Below are positions 57,775 to 64,000 of a stretch of 64,000 nt of DNA, piece by piece. The stretch's first letter is position 1, and each line of letters begins with the position of its first letter. The translations under genes were made by a program, and so were the position numbers. Under the pieces are notes generated by a model. It was not told the origin of the DNA. It saw nothing but the letters and a program-made list of their open reading frames with translations, and ran no database searches. Origin of the DNA: Candidatus Iainarchaeum sp. (GTDB lineage Archaea > B1Sed10-29 > WALL01); assembly GCA_023129115.1 (NCBI GenBank), contig JAGMCR010000003.1, positions 104,500-168,499 of the forward strand, read 5' to 3'.

Positions 57775-58706
57775 ATCATTCCACTCTTTTCCCCGCTCGA
57801 AAACAGCACGACGCGCGACGCCTCCTGCTCGCCCGCAAGTGAGTAGCCTAACTCTTCCCCAACTTTTTCCGCGAACGCCTTCACCTCGTGGTGCCTCGGC
57901 ATGTTATCAATCGACATCCTCTGCCTCGAAGCCCCGATGAACATGTACGCCTTCACTTCCACGAAATCGGCGTTGCTCTTCGCAATCAGCTTCGCGTACT
58001 CCTCTGGAGCAAAGTCATTCCACCCCTTCACGAGGGTAATCCGAATCACTTTTCTCGTGTCCAGCGACGGGAACAATTCCAGTGTTTTGTTTATTCTTTC
58101 CCAGGAATCCGGGACCATTGGCACATTAATTTTCTTGTGCACTTCCTCATTCGGCGCGTCCAGGGAAAGGTACAGCTGCGTCGGCAAAGTTATTTCGGCG
58201 AGCCGCTCCGGAAGCAAGCCGTTGGTAACAAGGAAAGTAGTATACTTGCGCTTGTGAAATTCCTCGATTAGCCCCCCAATCTTCGGGTACAGCGTGGGCT
58301 CGCCCGCGAGCGAAATCGCGGCCTGGTTCGGGTGCTGTGCCTCGGCCAGCTTTTTCTTGTCACACTTCTCGTTCCCGCCGTACCCGGTCAGCAGTTTTCT
58401 CTGGGCGTCAACACTCCCCTCAACTATTTCTTCCGGGTCATCCCACTTCATTTTTTTGGGCAGCCACTCTGCCGAGGCCGGCTGATATCTCCAACAAAAA
58501 ACGCACTTTTGCTGGCAGTAAATACAGGGCGTCATCTGGAGACAACGGCTTGAATCAATCCCATAGAAAGAAGACTTGTAGCAGCAACGGTCTCTTACCA
58601 GATCCTCTTTTGTCCAGTGGCACACACTAACCGCACTGTGTTGGTGTTTGCCAACAATCCTGTAATGCATTTTTTTCAGTTTGTCGATATAGCTTTGTTT
58701 GTCCAT
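57771..58706 (-). CDS. taw1: 4-demethylwyosine synthase Taw1/TYW1 (radical SAM)
   Basis: HSAVSVCHWT, CYK, CQQKCVFCWR, AISLAGEPTLYP, EVKAYM. Confidence 0.93.
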   Translation of the reverse strand: MDKQSYIDKLKKMHYRIVGKHQHSAVSVCHWTKEDLVRDRCCYKSSFYGIDSSRCLQMTPCIYCQQKCVFCWRYQPASAEWLPKKMKWDDPEEIVEGSVDAQRKLLTGYGGNEKCDKKKLAEAQHPNQAAISLAGEPTLYPKIGGLIEEFHKRKYTTFLVTNGLLPERLAEITLPTQLYLSLDAPNEEVHKKINVPMVPDSWERINKTLELFPSLDTRKVIRITLVKGWNDFAPEEYAKLIAKSNADFVEVKAYMFIGASRQRMSIDNMPRHHEVKAFAEKVGEELGYSLAGEQEASRVVLFSSGEKSGMI

Positions 58707-58973
58707 AACGCCTGCCTCTTTCCAATTGGTAACTGGGTTTTTCCTTCCACAAAACTTTTTATGTATCCCGGCAATTTTAACTTCCAACGGGCATACGGCT
58801 TGCCGAGAAACCATACCGTGTAGTGCTGCTTCACCAGGCTTGCTTCTGGTTCAGGGGGCAGCATCGCGCTATCTTTGCAATATTTCTCCTTATAAAGGGT
58901 GCTGTATTTTGGCGAGAAACCCAATAGAAAAGCTTTTATATTGAGGAACCATAATTACTGCGGAGGGAGCGCT

Positions 58974-59234
58974 ATGGCAACCCGGAAATTCGCTATTGCA
59001 AAACAATTGGGCGGCAAGAGAGTCATAACCAACAAAGGAGAAGAAATCGGGCGTCTCAGCGACATCCAGGTCGACGAGCGGACTGGTGACCTAGAGATGT
59101 TCATGGTAGAGCCCGCTGCAGACTCAAAGCTTGCGGCCGGCCTCCCGAAGGAAGACGACTACATCGTGGTTCCGTTCAAGGCAATCTTTGCCGTGAGCGA
59201 CGTCATTGTCATTGACGAATCACTATTGGGCTAA
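58974..59234 (+). CDS. PRC-barrel domain protein
   Basis: LGGKRVITNKGEEIGRLSDIQVD..TG, VPFKAIFAVSDVIVI; GGAGG RBS. Confidence 0.88.
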   Translation: MATRKFAIAKQLGGKRVITNKGEEIGRLSDIQVDERTGDLEMFMVEPAADSKLAAGLPKEDDYIVVPFKAIFAVSDVIVIDESLLG

Positions 59235-59358
59235 GGCGGCTTCTCTCGACCATTATGCTGGTCAATTCACTTGGGTGAAGGTCTAGCGTGTCCGCTGCCT
59301 CGAACAAGCTAATGCTGCCCTCCTGATACAGAGAGATAACCCTGTCTAGCTTTTGCAT
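59209..59358 (-). CDS. 49-aa UPF0175-like HTH protein, absent from ORF track
   Basis: MQKLDRVISLYQEGSISLFEAADTLDLHPSEL...; strong GGGTGAGGTG RBS. Confidence 0.6.
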   Translation of the reverse strand: MQKLDRVISLYQEGSISLFEAADTLDLHPSELTSIMVERSRLSPIVIRQ

Positions 59359-59384
59359 TGACTAACACCTCACCCAAAAAGGGG

Positions 59385-59464
59385 TTGGAGCGAAGGGGGG
59401 TATGGTGATTCTTGGGAACCGTTGCGCTGCTCTTGGTAGGATTCAGCGTGACACCCTCGCTCCA
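59385..59464 (-). ncRNA. Structured 5' leader or small RNA candidate
   Basis: 11-bp closing stem plus two inner hairpins, starting ~25-30 nt after TTTATATA at 59494-59487. Confidence 0.4.
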
Positions 59465-59528
59465 GCTACCTATTAATCCATCGATATATATAAACATTTC
59501 GTCAAATTTACGTAATATGACGCTTTTT

Positions 59529-60467
59529 TCATAGTTTAACGGTCATTTTGCGCGTCTTTTTGTTAATAAGGGCTGTTCCTGCCAGCTTTTTGTTAATCTC
59601 GTCGTAGCTTTCCCCCTTTTCCCGCCATTTTTTGACGTCTTCAGTGACTTCCTCGAGCTCCTTCCAATGGGAATAGACTGTGTCGCCCTTTTCCCGGAGC
59701 TCTACCTCTTTTTCCTCGAGCTCCTTGATTGCCTCTTCCTGCCGCCTCAATTTCCGCGCCACTTTTTCTGACGCCGCCGTGTCCGCCTCTGTGACCGCGT
59801 ACTTTTCGTCAAGCCCTTCGCTGAACCCCTGCTTTTCCTCTTCGAGCATCTTCTTTATCTCGCCGAACAGCCTCTTGCCCGGCTTCGCAGAGTTCTTGTC
59901 GACGCCGGCCCTCTCGCACGCCTCTTCCAGATAGCCCCCGCTCATGTTCACCCCGGCGACAAGCGAGTGAATCACGTCCTTTTCCCCGAACAGCGACGCA
60001 AACTCTTTTTCCGTCATCTCCTGCGGGTCAAGCCTCCCCGGCTTCGGGAACGAGTACTCCACCCCGCGCTTGATTTTCCTGTCCTTCCACTCCTCGTCCC
60101 TGAACGCCTTCTCCGTCTTCCCGTCCGGCCCTACCAGTATTGCATTCCCCTTGGCGAACATTTCGAACACGAGCGCCTGGCCGCCGTCCAATTCAATCGC
60201 CACGACCCGGTCGAAGCCCGGCTGCCACACCTTCGCGACTTTCCCGTGCACGTGCTTGCGGCAGTACTGCGTGAACCCATGCGGCGCGCGGGCCTGGTGC
60301 TTGTGCCAGGTCAGGTGAATCCTTTCGGGCACATCAGCGACAACCTCTGTCTTCCCGAACTTGAGCTTCCACCCGCTCTGCAGGTCAGAAATCTTGTCAA
60401 AATGCGTGCCCACGATGCACTGCAGCTCCTGGACCACCCAGTGGACCTCAAGATTTGACAATGGCAC
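59529..60467 (-). CDS. NFACT-family (Rqc2/RqcH-like) protein, N-terminal part only
   Basis: F..YCRKH, QPGFDRVV, FEMFAKGNAILV, R.IKRGVEYSFP, then coiled coil. Confidence 0.85.
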   Translation of the reverse strand: MPLSNLEVHWVVQELQCIVGTHFDKISDLQSGWKLKFGKTEVVADVPERIHLTWHKHQARAPHGFTQYCRKHVHGKVAKVWQPGFDRVVAIELDGGQALVFEMFAKGNAILVGPDGKTEKAFRDEEWKDRKIKRGVEYSFPKPGRLDPQEMTEKEFASLFGEKDVIHSLVAGVNMSGGYLEEACERAGVDKNSAKPGKRLFGEIKKMLEEEKQGFSEGLDEKYAVTEADTAASEKVARKLRRQEEAIKELEEKEVELREKGDTVYSHWKELEEVTEDVKKWREKGESYDEINKKLAGTALINKKTRKMTVKL

Positions 60468-61248
60468 TGAACCGCCTCCAGAACCCCTTGACGACTTCCC
60501 TGTCGAAGGCCCACATGAACATCATCGCGAAGAGGCCCCCCAAGAGGTGGATCTCTAGCGACGCGGGCGTGACTGCCTCGGTCTCCCTCCCCTCCTCAAG
60601 CGCCTGCTTCGACTCCGTGGCGACAGAGTACTGCTGCTCTGCCTTTTGCTTTTGCTCCACGGTCTGGGGCGTGTAGTTCCCCATCTCTATCCTTTCCTCT
60701 AGGCCGACTATCTTTTCCTGCGCCTCCTCGGCCTGCTCCACGCGCATGCCCTCGAGCGCGTCCAGCGCCATGTCTGACGCAGGCAGAATAACGTTCGGCA
60801 CCAGCAGCAGCACCGCGGCAAGCGCGACGAGCGTCTTTTTCGTGCTCGCGACAGTGCCAGCCGCAATTAGCCCCGCGATTGCGGCGGACGCCCCAATCAC
60901 CCACACGTCAGTGTGTATGAGAACGTACGCGAAGCCAGCGAATACGCCGCTAATCAGAAAGACCCCGGCGACGTGCCACTTGTCTACCCTCTGCTCGAGG
61001 ATTGCCCCGAACGCAAGCAGCGCCACAAGGTTCCCGAGCAGGTGCTTGACCCCGATATGGGAAAAAGTGTACGTCAATGACCCCACGAGGTTGCCATAGC
61101 TTACCCCGAGCGGGTACATGCGCGAGAGTGGAGTGACGTAAGTGCTCCCGCCCGAGACCATGAAATAAAAGAGAACGAGCCCGGCTGCGAGCGCGAGCGT
61201 CGCCACGGGAAATTTAAACCTGCCCTTCTTTTTCCGCTTCATTTCCAC
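60448..61248 (-). CDS. Rhomboid family intramembrane protease
   Basis: FSH..HLLGN, IGASAAI, C-terminal HLLG. Confidence 0.88.
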   Translation of the reverse strand: MEMKRKKKGRFKFPVATLALAAGLVLFYFMVSGGSTYVTPLSRMYPLGVSYGNLVGSLTYTFSHIGVKHLLGNLVALLAFGAILEQRVDKWHVAGVFLISGVFAGFAYVLIHTDVWVIGASAAIAGLIAAGTVASTKKTLVALAAVLLLVPNVILPASDMALDALEGMRVEQAEEAQEKIVGLEERIEMGNYTPQTVEQKQKAEQQYSVATESKQALEEGRETEAVTPASLEIHLLGGLFAMMFMWAFDREVVKGFWRRFSAIVKS

Positions 61249-61249
61249 C

Positions 61250-62470
61250 CTACTTGATGAAGCTCATGGCGAACTTGGCCGCCGCCGGAGACGCCTTCAC
61301 CAGTATCTTGGCGATGTCCACCAGGCCCCTGCCATGGCCGAGCTCCACGAAGAGCCGCGGGTCGAGCTTCTTCTGTTCCACGAGGTCGACGAATAGGTTG
61401 AACTGCTCGTCGTCCAGCTTTTCGACGAAGTGCCGCACCCGCAGGATTCTGGCGAATTCCTCGCCCCTTACTTTGTTCCACTTGTCATGGTATGGCTTCA
61501 GCGCCTTCTTGCTGGTGTCCCCGGCCTTGACTGCCCTTGCCCCGACCTTGGCGGCAATGGCCGCGGCCTCGAGCGCTGCGCCCATGCCACCGCCGTGGAT
61601 TGGGTTCACCATCCTCGCGGAGTCGCCGACGAGCATTATCCCGTCGCCAACGAACTCGTCCACTGGCTTCGTGATGGGGATTACCCCTGCATTAATTTCT
61701 GTGACGGATGCCTTGCTGAACCGGTCGCCGTGCTTCTCGAGCCAGCGGTCCAGGTAGCTCTTCGCGGTCTCCCCGTCCGTCCCGGCAATTCCTATTCCCA
61801 CGTTGGCGACGTCCTTTCCTTTGGGGAACACCCAAACATACCCCCTCGGCGCAACGTCCTTGCCGAAGTAGAGCTCCATGCATTTCGGGTCGTCGATGGG
61901 CACGTTGGCCATTTCGTACTGGTAGCCCGAGTCGCACTCGGTGAGCGGCATCGCCGTGTGCAGCCCGGCGTACCTCCCGACCATCGAGTCGACGCCGTCG
62001 CACGCAATCAGGAGTTTGCACCTGTACTCCTCTTCGTTGCCCTCGCGGCTCACTTTGACGCCGGTGACGCGGCCGCCGTCCTTGATTACTCCCGTGACGA
62101 GTGCCTTGAGCATGTACTTGGCGCCGAGTCGGATTGCCCTCCCGGCCTCCATTTTCTCCCACTGGCTCCTCTCGATTATGTAGCCGGTTTGCCCAGTTTT
62201 GCTGGTGTCGATCTTGATTTTTTTGCCGTTCGGCGCGATAAGCATTGTCGAAGTAATTTCTTGGAGTGCCCACCGCGGGTGGGGCTCCTGCCCCCCAAGT
62301 TTTATCCACCGTGTCGAGAGGCCCTCGCCGCAGCGCTTCGGCGGCCCGATTTGCGCTTTCCTGTCGATGACGAGCACACTCATCTTTTTTTTGGCGAACT
62401 CCTGCGCCGCCTTGTTGCCCGCTGGCCCTCCCCCAACGATTATGACGTCCCATTCCGGAGCGTACGTCAT
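61250..62470 (-). CDS. ggr: Digeranylgeranylglycerophospholipid reductase
   Basis: VGGGPAG, PKRCGEG, PRGYVWVFPK, GDSA..VNPIHGGG. Confidence 0.9.
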   Translation of the reverse strand: MTYAPEWDVIIVGGGPAGNKAAQEFAKKKMSVLVIDRKAQIGPPKRCGEGLSTRWIKLGGQEPHPRWALQEITSTMLIAPNGKKIKIDTSKTGQTGYIIERSQWEKMEAGRAIRLGAKYMLKALVTGVIKDGGRVTGVKVSREGNEEEYRCKLLIACDGVDSMVGRYAGLHTAMPLTECDSGYQYEMANVPIDDPKCMELYFGKDVAPRGYVWVFPKGKDVANVGIGIAGTDGETAKSYLDRWLEKHGDRFSKASVTEINAGVIPITKPVDEFVGDGIMLVGDSARMVNPIHGGGMGAALEAAAIAAKVGARAVKAGDTSKKALKPYHDKWNKVRGEEFARILRVRHFVEKLDDEQFNLFVDLVEQKKLDPRLFVELGHGRGLVDIAKILVKASPAAAKFAMSFIK

Positions 62471-62646
62471 TTCTTCACCACCTTAATTGCGCCGGCCGGG
62501 CACACCTTTTCGCAGTTGCCGCAGTCAATGCACTTTTTGGTGTCCACGTAAAGCACGTTCTCCCTCAGCTCAAGGGCCTGGACAGGGCAGACGGAGACGC
62601 ACCCCCCGCAAATCATGCATTTGCTCCTGTTGACTTCAGCGGGCAT
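62467..62646 (-). CDS. 2[4Fe-4S] ferredoxin
   Basis: CMICGGCVSVCP and CIDCGNCEKVCP; ATGA overlap with GGR. Confidence 0.93.
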   Translation of the reverse strand: MPAEVNRSKCMICGGCVSVCPVQALELRENVLYVDTKKCIDCGNCEKVCPAGAIKVVKK

Positions 62647-62709
62647 CGTAATCACTCACAGAATACGCACTATTCGTATTACGAATCCAAGCCTTTTTAA
62701 AGATAGTCC

Positions 62710-63939
62710 CTAGTCCCCTGGCGTGTACGTGGCCTCGTTGAACCGGTAGAGCAGCCTCTTCACCGGGAAGCCGTCGAACCTGTATTTCCTGATGGCCTCT
62801 TCAGAGGAAAACCCCGAGAAGTCGCTGTAGTCCCTTGCCTCGTCCGGGTCGAGCACGTGGTCGTCCATCACCACAACAGCCCTGTTGTAGCCGTTCTTCA
62901 TCTCTAGCACAGCGACCCACGCGTCTTTGTCCATGGCCCGCAGGAGCGAGCAGAGCAGTATGGCCTTGTCGTCCGGGTCCGCGGCGCCCAAGCGCATCAC
63001 GTCGTCCACGCCCAGCCAGTAGCTCGCCGAAACCTGGGGGTGCACTTCGACTATCTTGGTCCTGACGTACTCGAACGCCTCCTCGGGCGTCTTGAGCTTC
63101 TTCACCAGGTTCCGCACGCCCGGGTTGTCCGGCTGAATCAATGACTTCAGCTCCTCGGTCTTCCTCGCCTCGTCTATCTCCTTGGCGTGCCTGTCGATGA
63201 TGGTGGAGAGTATCCCCCTCTCCTTCTCGCCCGTGAATATCTTGTCCCTCGCGTTCCTGAGGCCGTCGCGCAGGGTCCTGTTCTCGCGCTCGAGCGCGGC
63301 AATCTTCTTGTCCCGCGGCTGGATTCCAGCGACCTTCTTCTCCAGCTCGCTGCGGTGCTTCTCGAGCTGTGCTATCGACGCACCCATCTCGTCCAGCCTC
63401 TTGCTGTCTGCCCCGTACCTCTCCTGCAGCTTGTTCTTGTCCGCGAGGTGCATCTTCTTGTCTTCCTCGGCCTCGGTCAGCTGCAGGTAGAGTTGCCCCC
63501 TCTCCTCGTCCAGCTCCCTTTTGTCGTGCTTCAGCCCCTCGAGCTTCTTCGAGAGCACCGCCAAATCGCTGAGCTCACTGAGCTTGTTCTCGCCCTTCTG
63601 CATCTCCTCGGGCAGGAACGCCTTGCTAAGCTCAAGCACTTCGGTGTCAATTTCCTTGTCCAGCTCCTCGACCAGCTTTGTGTAGTGCGCGTCCTTGGTC
63701 ACAAACGAGTGCTCGTTCACCGAGCCCGCCGCGTACGCGCGGTGCAGCGCCTTCTTCTTCGCCACGGCCTCTGCCCTCTCCCTCGTGAGCTCGCGCAGCT
63801 GCTCCCACACGCTTTTCTCGACCGCCTGCGGGATTGGCCTGGCCTTGTGCCTGAGAACAAGTGACGCGCCCAGCCCCAGCGCTACGCCCACGACTCCGGT
63901 GGCTGCGGGCACAAGCACCGTCTCAATCACCATCGCCAC
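62710..63939 (-). CDS. Membrane-anchored coiled-coil protein with transglutaminase-like C-terminal domain
   Basis: N-terminal TM, long heptads, EAFEYVR..YW...DDKAILLCSLLRA..VLDP. Confidence 0.75.
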   Translation of the reverse strand: MAMVIETVLVPAATGVVGVALGLGASLVLRHKARPIPQAVEKSVWEQLRELTRERAEAVAKKKALHRAYAAGSVNEHSFVTKDAHYTKLVEELDKEIDTEVLELSKAFLPEEMQKGENKLSELSDLAVLSKKLEGLKHDKRELDEERGQLYLQLTEAEEDKKMHLADKNKLQERYGADSKRLDEMGASIAQLEKHRSELEKKVAGIQPRDKKIAALERENRTLRDGLRNARDKIFTGEKERGILSTIIDRHAKEIDEARKTEELKSLIQPDNPGVRNLVKKLKTPEEAFEYVRTKIVEVHPQVSASYWLGVDDVMRLGAADPDDKAILLCSLLRAMDKDAWVAVLEMKNGYNRAVVVMDDHVLDPDEARDYSDFSGFSSEEAIRKYRFDGFPVKRLLYRFNEATYTPGD

Positions 63940-64000
63940 TAATACGAGGAGCGCATATAAATTGGTTTGCCGGCAGGTGGTGTAACACTGCCTGGTGTTA

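Noticed and set aside
63950-64000. Hairpin GGCAG-gtggtgtaaca-CTGCC after a TATA box as the start of an RNA gene
   Set aside because: Cut by the window end and too short to assign

Overview
Gene-dense (mostly GC-rich) archaeal chromosome segment. Gene content and short intergenic regions with TATA boxes and GGTGA-type RBSs suggest a DPANN-type lineage (inference). Core genes include aCPSF1/FttA, proteasome beta, FKBP, NAC, Hel308 (intein), Cdc6/Orc1, SepF, PolD DP2 (intein ending in Gln) and DP1, TyrRS, Nog1, TrmI, SecDF, NucS, histone, GlmS, GlyA/ThyX/FolC, Taw1, a PRC-barrel protein, GGR and a ferredoxin. AT-richer accessory pieces are an ABC exporter, a tnpB-only IS200/IS605 element with a recognisable omega-RNA end, an HTH/RelE-like TA pair and an HATPase+STAS(DUF4325) pair. 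The most interesting non-coding signals are: (i) a protein-free IS200/IS605-type element at about 53.4-53.8 kb that carries its own TATA promoter and a ~250-nt structured RNA with an omega-RNA-like pseudoknot; (ii) a promoter-linked ~80-nt structured leader ahead of an unannotated 49-aa UPF0175-like ORF at 59.2-59.5 kb; (iii) a possible replication-origin-like region at about 1.9-2.3 kb; (iv) a palindrome-bearing tandem duplication at 8.2-8.4 kb. No CRISPR array, rRNA or complete tRNA was recognised. All calls come from motif recognition by eye; no searches were run.
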